In this document: positions 28,917 through 38,668 of the stretch, in pieces
Position numbering within the stretch: the first letter of the stretch is position 1
Layout: each line of letters opens with the position of its first letter
Origin: Rickettsiales bacterium
GTDB taxonomy: Bacteria; Pseudomonadota; Alphaproteobacteria; Rickettsiales; UBA998
Direction: 5' to 3'
Assembly (NCBI GenBank): GCA_024304995.1
Contig: JAMWZD010000001.1
Coordinates: 641,472 to 705,471, forward strand
Length of the DNA: 64,000 nucleotides
The notes under the pieces: generated by a model
Database searches by the model: none
Seen by the model: only the letters and a program-made list of their open reading frames with translations
Told to the model about the DNA's origin: nothing
Program-made: the position numbers and the translations under genes

Positions 28917-29441
28917 TTAATTGTGATTTGCGATTGCATATAATCCAATAAAAATCTTAGGGTCTATATGTATTCCGCGCTGCTGCATCTCGTTTAACGT
29001 GGTTGTTACATTTTCAACAGACACTTCATGCACGGTGATATTTTCTGTCTCATCACCACCGCCTTCAGCAATTTTTTTAATATGGTGAGCTACGAAAAAA
29101 TGCATCATTTCATTGCTCATGCCAGATGATATTGGGCCATGCGTAATGCGTTCCATACGCTCTGCCTGATAGCCTGTTTCTTCAAGCAGTTCTCGCATTG
29201 CGGCTGCTTCTGCGCCCTCCCCTTTGAAAGCGGCTTCGTCACCAATCAGCCCTGCAGGCAATTCCAGCGTATTTGCGTTCAGTGAGGCACGATATTGTTC
29301 CACCAGAATCAGTTTCCCTTCATCATTTACCGCCGTAATAATCGCAGCTTCCATGCCTGAATTGCGCGTGATAAATTCAAACGTGCCGCGTTTTTCAAGC
29401 GTCAGCCAGTCACCAGCATACAGTGTCTTTTTGTCTGTCAT
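28917..29441 (-). CDS. NUDIX hydrolase (ADP-ribose pyrophosphatase-like)
   Basis: Nudix box LPAGLIGDEAAFKGEGAEAAAMRELLEETG. Start trimmed to the ATG at 29441. Confidence 0.8.
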   Translation of the reverse strand: MTDKKTLYAGDWLTLEKRGTFEFITRNSGMEAAIITAVNDEGKLILVEQYRASLNANTLELPAGLIGDEAAFKGEGAEAAAMRELLEETGYQAERMERITHGPISSGMSNEMMHFFVAHHIKKIAEGGGDETENITVHEVSVENVTTTLNEMQQRGIHIDPKIFIGLYAIANHN

Positions 29442-29445
29442 AATC

Positions 29446-32400
29446 TTAATGCAATAATTCCATATTGCCACCAATGGCAACAATATTTTCAGTGATCACC
29501 TGTTCATTCATGAAGGCTTTCAAGTAATTCGCGCCGCCTGCCTTTGGCCCAGTGCCAGAAAGACCCATCCCCCCAAATGGCTGCACGCCAACCACTGCAC
29601 CTGTCATGGAGCGGTTAATATAAAGATTTCCCGCTTTTACACCCGCTTTCAGCCTCGCAATGCGGGTGGATACACGGCTATGCATTCCAAAGGTCAATCC
29701 ATATCCAGTGCTGTTAATCTGCTCGATCAATGTGTTAAATTCTTTCACTCGGAATGGCACAATATGCAGTATTGGTCCAAAATGTTCCTTCTTCAGCTCG
29801 TCTATTGCATCCAGCCTGCATAAAGCAGGCGCAACAAACAGCCCTTCTTTTGCATGTTCTGGCATCTCACACTGATATATGAGCTTTCCTTGTGTGCGCA
29901 TCTCATCAATATGTGCCTGCAAGCCATCATACGCAGTTTTGGAAATCACAGGGGGCACGTCTGTATCATAACTCAGTGGATCGCCTATATGCAGCAGCTT
30001 CATTGCCCCTGTGATCATCGGTACTAATGTGTCCATGATCTCATCCTGAATGAAAAGCACTCGCAAGGCACTGCAGCGCTGCCCCGCGCTGCCAAATGCG
30101 GAATGGATGATGTCATCTGTTGCCTGCTCCAGCAAAGCGGAGCTATCCACCACCATGCAATTCTGCCCGCCTGTTTCCGCAATAAGCTTTGGCAATGCGC
30201 CTTCCCGCGCTGCCAGCGTGCGGTTGATGGTGCGCGCCACCTGAGTAGAGCCTGTAAATGCGACGACAGAGACAGCATCATCTGCAATCACTTGCTTGCC
30301 AAAATCTGCGCCTTCAGCAATCACATATTGCAATGCACCGTAAGACACGCCTGCTTCGTGCAGCAGTCGCACTGCTTCATAGGCAATGATGGCAGTATGT
30401 TCAGAGGCTTTGGCAACCACGCTGTTGCCTGCCACCAAAGCAGCCACCACTTGCCCCACAAAAATGGCGAGCGGAAAATTCCACGGGCTGATGCAGGCTG
30501 CCACCCCTTTGGGGCGATAGTGCAGGAGATTGGTTTCACCCGTATAGCTTTCACATAATTCACCCTGCGCCAGCGCACGCGCCTGCACAGCATAATATCG
30601 GCAGAAATCTTCTGCTTCTCGCACTTCAGCAATCGCATCTTCAATGGTTTTTCCAGCCTCACGCGCCAGCAAAGTGTAAAACAGGTGGCGGCGTTCATAA
30701 AGCAGTTCTGCCGCTTTTTCCAATGTGGTTGCACGCAGCTCAGCGTCCTGCTTTGCCCATTCAGTCGCACCAGCCTTTGCAGCGCTGACAACATGTTTGA
30801 GCATCTCAGAAGTTGCCATGCTGCACTCGCCTATCACATCATCCAGGTTGGCGGGGGACACGCTTTTCAACGTTACATCACTGCGGGTCACCTCACCATT
30901 GATGATGCAATGCGCTTCGTAAGTAGCATTTAAAAACGGGGAGCGTTCCTTATGCAACGCATCATAATGCGCACGCAGTCCCAATTCATAACCCAGTGAA
31001 TTTTTACGGTTCGAAAAAATGTCCTGTGGCAGCGGGATTGGCGGATTTTTTTCAAGCGCGGCTTTTGCCAGTTCCAGAGGGTTCTGCGTCAGTTCAGAAA
31101 TGGAGGTGTGTGGATTCATCACCTGATTGACGAAATTCCCATTCGCGCCATTTTCCATTAAACGACGAATCAGATAGGGCAGTAGCGCGTCAAACGCACC
31201 CACGGGGGCATAGATGCGGCAGGGATAACCCCCTATCAACTGATTATATAAACTCACTCCCATGCCAAACAGACGCTGAAATTCAAACTCTTTTTCACGT
31301 CCTTTTTGCTTCGCCAGCGCTTTCACTGCCATCGCGCTCATCACATTGTGCGTGGCAAATTGTGGGAAGATGGCATCTCCTGCATCCAGCAAGGTTGCTG
31401 CGCAGGCAAGGTAGCTCACGTCGGTATATTCCTTATTGGTGAATACGGGGTAAGATGGTAACCCGTCCATCTGCGCCCAGGTAATTTCACTGTCCCAATA
31501 TGCCCCTTTCACCAGACGCACAGGAATGCGACGGTTGGTATTTTTTGCGATCTTTTTCAGCAATGCTATAACAGGCAAGGCACGTTTTTGATAGGCCTGC
31601 AATACAAACCCAATATCAGGACAATCTTTCAGTGCCTCATCATGCAGCAATGCCGCGAATAATTCACATTGTAAGTCCAGCCTGCGCGCCTCTTCACTGT
31701 CTATCGACAAAGCAATATTATGCTTGCCTGATAGCAGACACAAATCCCGCACGCGGGGATATAGCTCAGCCATAACCTGCGCTTTGTGGGCATATTTATA
31801 TCGGGCATGGAGTGCCGACAATTTAATGGAAATAGAGTGGCGCTTGCTGCCTTCCTGCTTTGCGATTTCGGTGATTGCGCGTTCATATTTTTCATAATAG
31901 GCATCTGCCTGCGCCTGCGTGCGCGCACCCTCGCCCAGCATATCAAACGAGAAATCATACCCCTTTTTCGCTTCCGCTGACAGGTGCGAAAATGCATCTT
32001 TAATCGTCTTGCCTGCCACAAAGGAGTTGCCCAGCACATGCATCGCCGCTTTGAGCGCTTTGCGCAGCACAGGCTCACCCAGTGAATAGACCATCTTTTC
32101 AAAAATGCCATCATTGCCGCGCAAAGATGCAATCTCGCTGGACATGCGCAAGCCTGTAATTTGAGCATGGTCAAACAGGCTTGTATGCTCATCATAAAAT
32201 TTGCGCCAGTTTGCGCCTTTGAGTTTGTCATTAATCAGTGAATCCGCCGTGCGGCTGTCTGGAATGCGCAGCAGTGATTCTGCCAGACAGAGCAACGCAA
32301 TCGCTTCTTTTTCCTTCAGCCCGAATTGCTGGATAAACTGTTCCACCCCCATATGCGGCGGGTGAGAGCGCATGGTTTTAATCGCCTCAGCAGCATCCTG

Positions 32401-32526
32401 CTGAATCGCATCCTGCAATGGGTCGTAAGCGGTTGCAAGCGCACATAATTCATGCATCAATTCGGTTTCATCCACCAGTGCTTGCTGGCTGATCTGGTCT
32501 AATTGGGGGTTATAATCAAAGCTCAT
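29446..32526 (-). CDS. putA: bifunctional proline dehydrogenase / P5C dehydrogenase
   Basis: 1026 aa. PRODH barrel plus an aldehyde dehydrogenase domain (ETGGQNCMVV). No N-terminal RHH domain is apparent. Confidence 0.95.
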   Translation of the reverse strand: MSFDYNPQLDQISQQALVDETELMHELCALATAYDPLQDAIQQDAAEAIKTMRSHPPHMGVEQFIQQFGLKEKEAIALLCLAESLLRIPDSRTADSLINDKLKGANWRKFYDEHTSLFDHAQITGLRMSSEIASLRGNDGIFEKMVYSLGEPVLRKALKAAMHVLGNSFVAGKTIKDAFSHLSAEAKKGYDFSFDMLGEGARTQAQADAYYEKYERAITEIAKQEGSKRHSISIKLSALHARYKYAHKAQVMAELYPRVRDLCLLSGKHNIALSIDSEEARRLDLQCELFAALLHDEALKDCPDIGFVLQAYQKRALPVIALLKKIAKNTNRRIPVRLVKGAYWDSEITWAQMDGLPSYPVFTNKEYTDVSYLACAATLLDAGDAIFPQFATHNVMSAMAVKALAKQKGREKEFEFQRLFGMGVSLYNQLIGGYPCRIYAPVGAFDALLPYLIRRLMENGANGNFVNQVMNPHTSISELTQNPLELAKAALEKNPPIPLPQDIFSNRKNSLGYELGLRAHYDALHKERSPFLNATYEAHCIINGEVTRSDVTLKSVSPANLDDVIGECSMATSEMLKHVVSAAKAGATEWAKQDAELRATTLEKAAELLYERRHLFYTLLAREAGKTIEDAIAEVREAEDFCRYYAVQARALAQGELCESYTGETNLLHYRPKGVAACISPWNFPLAIFVGQVVAALVAGNSVVAKASEHTAIIAYEAVRLLHEAGVSYGALQYVIAEGADFGKQVIADDAVSVVAFTGSTQVARTINRTLAAREGALPKLIAETGGQNCMVVDSSALLEQATDDIIHSAFGSAGQRCSALRVLFIQDEIMDTLVPMITGAMKLLHIGDPLSYDTDVPPVISKTAYDGLQAHIDEMRTQGKLIYQCEMPEHAKEGLFVAPALCRLDAIDELKKEHFGPILHIVPFRVKEFNTLIEQINSTGYGLTFGMHSRVSTRIARLKAGVKAGNLYINRSMTGAVVGVQPFGGMGLSGTGPKAGGANYLKAFMNEQVITENIVAIGGNMELLH

Positions 32527-32712
32527 AGCGTGAGCCTATAGGACATCAGCGCGTCTGTCTATGCTAGGTCCTTACTATTATAATTTGACAGCAAATAAAT
32601 AATGTAACATTTATGTATCTCCCAACTATACATCAACAGTGCTAACTTGCTTGCAACATGGCTGCATAATATTACATTAGCTTTTTCAAACATAATAGTA
32701 TTCAATAATAAT

Positions 32713-33846
32713 ATGAGATTAAATTCGCTTTACATAAATAACTTCAAATGCCTACAAGATTTCACCATTGAGCAGCTGGGCAATGTGAATCTCATTGTAG
32801 GTCAAAATAATATTGGTAAGACTACAATCCTTGAAGCTATACGCTTATATGCAACGAATCCACGAGGTGGTTTGAGGAATTTAATTGCGAAAATAAGTGA
32901 AGAACATGATGAGTTTCTTTATGAAGAAGACCCTGAATATAATCGGCGTTATCGAGCAATAAATTTTGAGTCCCTTTTTTACAATCGATGCTTCCCCGAA
33001 TCAAACGAAGATTCTATTGAAATTGGCTCAGTAAGAAACGGTCAAGACTCTCTGATCATAAAAGAAGCATTCCAGCGTGTCTATGTTAAAGCTGATGAAC
33101 CTGATACGATAGTCAAAGAAATTATTGAGAAAGAGGAGATCGATAATATAATTGATGATGCTGTTGAGCAGAATATTTTAGCAACAAAAAATGGGAAATC
33201 CGTAATATTAAACGTAGTTGAACGTTTACTCCCCATGAGGCACAGGCTAAGTACTATCTCACATTTTGATGATATTCCTTGTAAATATATTCCTACACAG
33301 CTTCTACACCAAAATGATTTAGCTAACGAATGGGATGACATTGTCATTACTTCGTATGAAGAAAAAATACTCAATGCTATAAAAATTCTCGAAAATAATC
33401 TTGAGCAAATTGCGGCAATTAAAAATCATCGTGATGACAGAACCTTCAAATTAAAAACAAAACAGAGTGAAAACATTCCTCTAGCTAGTATGGGAGATGG
33501 CGTTTTTAGAATTTTGCAGTTAGCAATTAAAGCGGTAAAAGCGCAAGATGGCTTTTTACTTGTTGATGAATTTGAGAATGGACTACATTACAAAACTCAA
33601 TATAAAGTCTGGAAATGGTTGTTTGAGCTATCTCAAGAACTCAACATTCAAATCTTTGCAACCACACATAGTTGGGACACCATAGAAAGCTTTTCAAAGG
33701 CTGCTCACGATAATACTAATGTACAAGGAAGTTTGTTCAGAATAGCTAAAAGTTTGAAAGAGGCAGATAATAATAAAATTATAGCTACTACTTTTAATGA
33801 AGACAGCTTAAAAACCATTACTCAACAACAAGTTGATGTAAGATGA
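32713..33846 (+). CDS. ABC/SMC-type AAA ATPase (AAA_15/21-like)
   Basis: Walker A GQNNIGKTT, signature-like SMGDG, Walker B LLVDEFENGLH and H-loop ATTHS. AT-rich (18/60 GC in the first 60 nt). Confidence 0.8.
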   Translation: MRLNSLYINNFKCLQDFTIEQLGNVNLIVGQNNIGKTTILEAIRLYATNPRGGLRNLIAKISEEHDEFLYEEDPEYNRRYRAINFESLFYNRCFPESNEDSIEIGSVRNGQDSLIIKEAFQRVYVKADEPDTIVKEIIEKEEIDNIIDDAVEQNILATKNGKSVILNVVERLLPMRHRLSTISHFDDIPCKYIPTQLLHQNDLANEWDDIVITSYEEKILNAIKILENNLEQIAAIKNHRDDRTFKLKTKQSENIPLASMGDGVFRILQLAIKAVKAQDGFLLVDEFENGLHYKTQYKVWKWLFELSQELNIQIFATTHSWDTIESFSKAAHDNTNVQGSLFRIAKSLKEADNNKIIATTFNEDSLKTITQQQVDVR

Positions 33847-34493
33847 TTAATAATCCCAAATTGCTTATTGTCGAAGGAAGTTCAGATAAAGCATTTTTCA
33901 AAAGCGTATTAAAAAGTATAGAAATTGACGCCGAAATTATGGTTGCATACCCATCCGAAACGGGGACAGTTGACGGTAACGGGAAAGGCAATGCTATAAA
34001 AACGCTAGTGTTAAGAGCAAAACTTCATAATATTGAACCTGTGCAAACAGGCATAATTTTAGATGCTGATCTCACAACAAAAAAACAAGGATTTGAAAAA
34101 ACCAAATATGCCGTTAAATCTGCCATAGAACCATTCTTTAATATTACCAATGAAACCACTACTGACGGAATTATCTTTCATGGTGAAGCAGGCATTACAC
34201 CGATTGGTTTGTGGATAATGCCTTCAAATAGTGAAGACGGCAATTTAGAAGATTGGATTGTGAAGAATCTTAACAACACTGAAATAAGCAAACACCAAAT
34301 TGCTAAAAAATTGTTAGATGACTTGGATGACTCAATCAAAGAATTTCAATTACATCATCTGAGCAAAGCAGAGCTACTTACTATGCAGGCTTGGAAAAAC
34401 AGACCCAAAAGCACATGTTCAGTCAATCAGATTAATACGCAAAATCAGGATTACAAAAGTCTGGTCACTTGGTTTAAGAAGATCTTTGACTAA
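33843..34493 (+). CDS. TOPRIM-like (DUF4435/RloB/DUF3226-type) protein
   Basis: ATGA overlap with the ATPase gene. N-terminal LLIVEGSSDKAFF and GIILDADL resemble the TOPRIM Glu and DxD motifs. Confidence 0.55.
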   Translation: MINNPKLLIVEGSSDKAFFKSVLKSIEIDAEIMVAYPSETGTVDGNGKGNAIKTLVLRAKLHNIEPVQTGIILDADLTTKKQGFEKTKYAVKSAIEPFFNITNETTTDGIIFHGEAGITPIGLWIMPSNSEDGNLEDWIVKNLNNTEISKHQIAKKLLDDLDDSIKEFQLHHLSKAELLTMQAWKNRPKSTCSVNQINTQNQDYKSLVTWFKKIFD

Positions 34494-34759
34494 TACTGAA
34501 GCTCATCCTCATCTTCTGCCGCGCCTTCATCTTCCACGTCGATTTCGCGCAGCATCACTTCGCCAAGGGCGCGGGCGGTGGCGTTTCTGGGGTTGCCGTC
34601 CATCGGGCCCATCTCACCAAACATCTGCCCAATCCCCAATATGGCAAGCACGCCTTCCCCTTTACGGCTGATCTCCACGCGCCCGCTTTCAATAACGTAG
34701 GCTTTTTCAGCCTTGTCACCTTCATAAAAGATGATATCACCATAAAAGAACTGCACCAT
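34490..34759 (-). CDS. stand-alone minimal cyclic nucleotide-binding domain protein with acidic tail
   Basis: 89 aa from the ATG at 34759. FGEMGPM...RNATARAL, then DVEDEGAAEDEDELQY. Confidence 0.5.
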   Translation of the reverse strand: MVQFFYGDIIFYEGDKAEKAYVIESGRVEISRKGEGVLAILGIGQMFGEMGPMDGNPRNATARALGEVMLREIDVEDEGAAEDEDELQY

Positions 34760-34772
34760 AGGCCTGCCCTCT

Positions 34773-35741
34773 TTATGCCACCAGCATAGACAGAGATGAA
34801 GCCGACCGCGCGCCAAGCTGCGCAATGATGTGCGCTGCCATACGATGCCCAAGCCTTGCGCTCTGATCCAGCGACATGGCGTTGGTAATGCCATATAAAA
34901 ACCCTGCGGCAAACAAGTCACCTGCGCCTGTGCTGTCCACCAGATTCACAGGCACAGTTTCAACATTATGCTCCTGTCCACCTGCATATATGGTTGCAGG
35001 GTGCGCACTATGGGTTACCACCGCAATATCCAGATGGCGCATCAGATTATCCACGATATTCGCACCATATAGCGCCTGAATTTCTCCGCCATTGGCAAAT
35101 AATATGTCAATATGATCTGCTATCAGCTCCTGAAATTCTGTTTTGTGGCGATCTACGCAGAACGTGTCAGAAAGGGTAAATGCTACTTTTACACCTGCTT
35201 CCTTGGCGCTGTGCATGGCATATAAAATAGCATCTTTTGCCTGTGGTGCATCCCATAAATATCCTTCAATATAGAGAATTTTCGCGGCTGCAATCATCTC
35301 TGCATCAATATCATCGCGGGAGAGTTCTGCACATGCACCAATATGCGTATTCATGGTGCGTTGTCCGTCTGGCGTAACGCAGACCACGCAACTGGCTGTT
35401 GGCTCACCATCAGTAGCAGGTGTTGTGTGATATGCCACACCAATATTGCGCATGTCATCTGCAAATATTGCGCCTAAATCATCATCTGCAACGCGTCCGA
35501 TGTAACCGCAATGCGCTCCCAGATCTGCCAGTCCTGCCATCGTGTTTGCCACCGAGCCACCTGAACATACGCGCGCGCCGTTTAGTTCTCCGCGCAGTGC
35601 AGCACTTTGTGATGCGTCTATCAGCTGCATTCCCCCTTTGGGCATATTGTTGCGTTTTAAGAAGCCTTCATCCACATGCACCAGATAATCAACGATGGCA
35701 TTGCCTATGCCCACTACGTCATATTGTGAATGTTGAGCCAT
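34773..35741 (-). CDS. PfkB-family carbohydrate/adenosine kinase
   Basis: VVGIGNAIVDY N-terminus and DSTGAGDLFAAGFLYG C-terminal motif. Confidence 0.85.
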   Translation of the reverse strand: MAQHSQYDVVGIGNAIVDYLVHVDEGFLKRNNMPKGGMQLIDASQSAALRGELNGARVCSGGSVANTMAGLADLGAHCGYIGRVADDDLGAIFADDMRNIGVAYHTTPATDGEPTASCVVCVTPDGQRTMNTHIGACAELSRDDIDAEMIAAAKILYIEGYLWDAPQAKDAILYAMHSAKEAGVKVAFTLSDTFCVDRHKTEFQELIADHIDILFANGGEIQALYGANIVDNLMRHLDIAVVTHSAHPATIYAGGQEHNVETVPVNLVDSTGAGDLFAAGFLYGITNAMSLDQSARLGHRMAAHIIAQLGARSASSLSMLVA

Positions 35742-35866
35742 ATCTTACCTCGCGTGACTGATGTTATTTTAAGTTCAACTAGCTATCATACACATCAAAC
35801 CATACTAATGTGTTAATTACATGCAATAATCTGCATATGAATGCGAATTAAATTGCTATTGTGACT

Positions 35867-38197
35867 TTACGATGAAACCAGAGCTTTCTTTTTGGCTTTT
35901 CCTTTTGGGGCTGGCTTTTTGCTGCCATTAATGTTGAAGGCAAGTTTGTCTTCTTCCACAATCACCTGCACGTCTCCACCTTTCACCAGCTTGCCGAACA
36001 GCACTTCTTCTGCCAGAGGTTTTTTGATATGCTCTGCAATCAGGCGGCTCATAGGGCGTGCGCCATTGCTGCGGTCATAGCCACGGTCAATCAGCCAGTT
36101 CAGCGCTTCATCAGACAGGCTTATAGTGATATTTCTGTCTGCCAATTGCGCTTCCAGCTTGGCAATGAATTTTTCAGCCACCTGTGCAATGACTTCCTCA
36201 TCCAGATGTGCGAATGGCACGATAGCGTCAAGACGGTTTCTGAATTCTGGCGTGAACATGCGTTTGAGCGCTTCCGTGTCTTCCCCCTCGCGCTTATCAC
36301 GATTAAAGCCAATCGGCGCACGTTCCATATCTGCTGCACCTGCATTGGATGTCATGATAATAATCACATTGCGGAAATCAATGGTGCGTCCATTATGGTC
36401 TGTCAGCTTGCCGTAATCCATCACCTGCAGCAGGATGCTGTATATATCAGGATGGGCTTTTTCAATTTCATCAAGCAACACAATCGCATATGGCGTTTTG
36501 CTGACGCGGTCTGTCAGCACGCCGCCATCCTCATGCCCCACATACCCTGGAGGCGCACCAATGAGCGAGGCAACCGAATGTTTTTCCATATATTCGGACA
36601 TATCAAAGCGGAGCAATTCCATGCCCAATGCTTTTGCAAGCTGATTGGCGACTTCGGTTTTCCCTACGCCAGTTGGCCCTGTCAGCAGATAATTTCCGAT
36701 TGGTTTTTCAGGGTCACGCAAGCCAGCGCGGGAGACTTTAATGGCAGACGCAAGTTGTGAGACAGCATTATCCTGCCCGAACACAGTCAGTTTCAGCGTG
36801 TCTTCCAGTGCGCGCAGCATATCAGCATCATCTGTGGAGACGGTTTGTGAGGGCATCCGTGCGATGGCAGAAATAATCAGCTCCACATCTTTTGGTGTAA
36901 TGGTCTTTTTGCGGCGAGACTCTGGCAGCAGCATCTGCGCTGCGCCTGCTTCATCCAGCACATCAATCGCCTTGTCTGGCAACTGGCGGTCATGAATGTA
37001 ACGCGCGGATAGTTCCACCGCTGCTTTCAACGCTGCTGGGGTGTAGCGCACTTTATGGTGGTCTTCATAATAAGGCTTTAAGCCACGCAGAATTTTAATA
37101 GTCGTTTCAATATCAGGCTCATTCACATCCACTTTCTGGAAACGACGTGCGAGCGCTCGGTCTTTTTCAATATTGTTTTTATATTCTTTGAAGGTGGTTG
37201 ACCCCATGCATTTAAACAATCCACGCGCCAATGCAGGTTTGAGCAGGTTACACGCATCCAGCGCCCCGCCAGAGGTGGATCCTGCCCCCATGATCATGTG
37301 GATTTCATCAATAAATAAAATCGCACCTGGCAGGCGTTCCACTTCCTGAATCACTGCTTTCATGCGTTCTTCAAAATCACCACGGTAACGCGTTCCCGCC
37401 ATAAGCGAACCCATATCGAGTGAGAAAATGACAGATTTTTGCAGCACATCAGGCACTTCCTTGCGAGTAATACGCAGCGCAAGCCCTTCAGCGATTGCCG
37501 TTTTGCCAACCCCTGCTTCCCCCACATAGAGTGGGTTATTTTTGGTGCGGCGGCACAGTATCTGCACAGTGCGTTCAATTTCTTCTTCACGCCCGACTAA
37601 AATATCAGTTTTTCCCTGTTTGGCTTTTTCATTCAGATTCACACAATATTGTGAGAGTGCTTCATTTTCATCCGTTTCCGTTTTTGGTTCAAAGCCCAGT
37701 TCTGCTTCGGCTGTGTCACCTGAATCCTTATTTATGCCCTTCACCCCAATGCGCATATAGTCACCATTTTTTACAATGCCGTGGGAAATGTAATTTACAA
37801 TATCCAAACGCGCGATTTTTTGCTCCGTCAGGAAATACACCGCATGAGAATCTTTTTCTGAAAAGAGCGCCACCAACACATTTGCGCCCGTAATTTCATT
37901 CTTCCCCGCAGACTGCACATGAATTGCCGCGCGATGCACGGCGCGTTGGAAGCCTGCCGTTGGTTTGGCTTCCTCCAGCCCATCCACCACAAGTGAGCGC
38001 AGATCATGCTCAAGAAACTGAATAATATCACGCTTTAAATCATGCAGGTTCACTCCACATCCGCGCAGCACGGCAGACGCATCAGGATCATCTGAAAGTG
38101 CGAATAATAAATGCTCCAGCGTGGCAAATTCGTGACGGTTTACTTTTGCAATCGCCAATGCCCGATGCAGCGTAGATTCCAGATTTTTAGACAACAT
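35867..38197 (-). CDS. clpA: ATP-dependent Clp protease ATP-binding subunit ClpA
   Basis: 776 aa. Two AAA+ modules (GEAGVGKT and GPTGVGKT) and a Clp N domain. Confidence 0.95.
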   Translation of the reverse strand: MLSKNLESTLHRALAIAKVNRHEFATLEHLLFALSDDPDASAVLRGCGVNLHDLKRDIIQFLEHDLRSLVVDGLEEAKPTAGFQRAVHRAAIHVQSAGKNEITGANVLVALFSEKDSHAVYFLTEQKIARLDIVNYISHGIVKNGDYMRIGVKGINKDSGDTAEAELGFEPKTETDENEALSQYCVNLNEKAKQGKTDILVGREEEIERTVQILCRRTKNNPLYVGEAGVGKTAIAEGLALRITRKEVPDVLQKSVIFSLDMGSLMAGTRYRGDFEERMKAVIQEVERLPGAILFIDEIHMIMGAGSTSGGALDACNLLKPALARGLFKCMGSTTFKEYKNNIEKDRALARRFQKVDVNEPDIETTIKILRGLKPYYEDHHKVRYTPAALKAAVELSARYIHDRQLPDKAIDVLDEAGAAQMLLPESRRKKTITPKDVELIISAIARMPSQTVSTDDADMLRALEDTLKLTVFGQDNAVSQLASAIKVSRAGLRDPEKPIGNYLLTGPTGVGKTEVANQLAKALGMELLRFDMSEYMEKHSVASLIGAPPGYVGHEDGGVLTDRVSKTPYAIVLLDEIEKAHPDIYSILLQVMDYGKLTDHNGRTIDFRNVIIIMTSNAGAADMERAPIGFNRDKREGEDTEALKRMFTPEFRNRLDAIVPFAHLDEEVIAQVAEKFIAKLEAQLADRNITISLSDEALNWLIDRGYDRSNGARPMSRLIAEHIKKPLAEEVLFGKLVKGGDVQVIVEEDKLAFNINGSKKPAPKGKAKKKALVSS

Positions 38198-38259
38198 ATG
38201 GTGTGTCCCTCATGCGTGTTGTGTTGATAATGCTATTATGCATGAAAGGTGTTAAAAAA

Positions 38260-38574
38260 TTATTCACGCTCCAACAAACATTGCAGTGGAAATTCCGCTT
38301 CTCGCGCCATTTGCTGCACAATGTCTATTTTTGTCTCCGCCACATCCCGCGTGAACACCCCGCAGACGCCTTTTCCTTTATGGTGGATTTGCAGCATAAT
38401 GTCCGTTGCATCTTCTGCATTTAATCGAAACACAGTTTGCAACACCGCCACCACAAAATCCATCGGCGTATAGTCATCATTTACCATCACCACTTTAAAA
38501 AGTGGTGGACGCTTGGTTTTCACCTTCGCTTCTGGCTCAGCAACGAGCGTTTCAAAATCAGCTTCATGACTCAT
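38260..38574 (-). CDS. clpS: Clp protease adaptor ClpS
   Basis: LFKVVMVNDDYTPMDFVVAVL motif. Located upstream of clpA. Confidence 0.9.
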   Translation of the reverse strand: MSHEADFETLVAEPEAKVKTKRPPLFKVVMVNDDYTPMDFVVAVLQTVFRLNAEDATDIMLQIHHKGKGVCGVFTRDVAETKIDIVQQMAREAEFPLQCLLERE

Positions 38575-38668
38575 ATAGGCGTATATAGCATGTTTTGCGG
38601 TGTTTGCTAATGTGAAATTTAAATGACTTAGTATAATTTGTTTTTATTTTAATACTTTGTATAGTAAT

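Noticed and set aside
30103-32231. Several 150-176-aa ORFs on both strands within putA
   Set aside because: They are alternative frames of a 1026-aa PutA gene with continuous homology-like motifs. Their composition is Cys/Arg/His-rich and nonsensical.
34760-34921. N-terminal 54-codon extension of the small cNMP ORF (and similar extensions at 583-657, 1109-1189, 18423-18488, 29442-29483 and 56226-56330)
   Set aside because: The extensions overlap the upstream gene or lack an RBS. Internal ATGs with RBS-like sequences give products that start at the conserved N-termini.
36029-36760. 243-aa + strand ORF inside clpA
   Set aside because: It is antisense to clpA and has no motifs.
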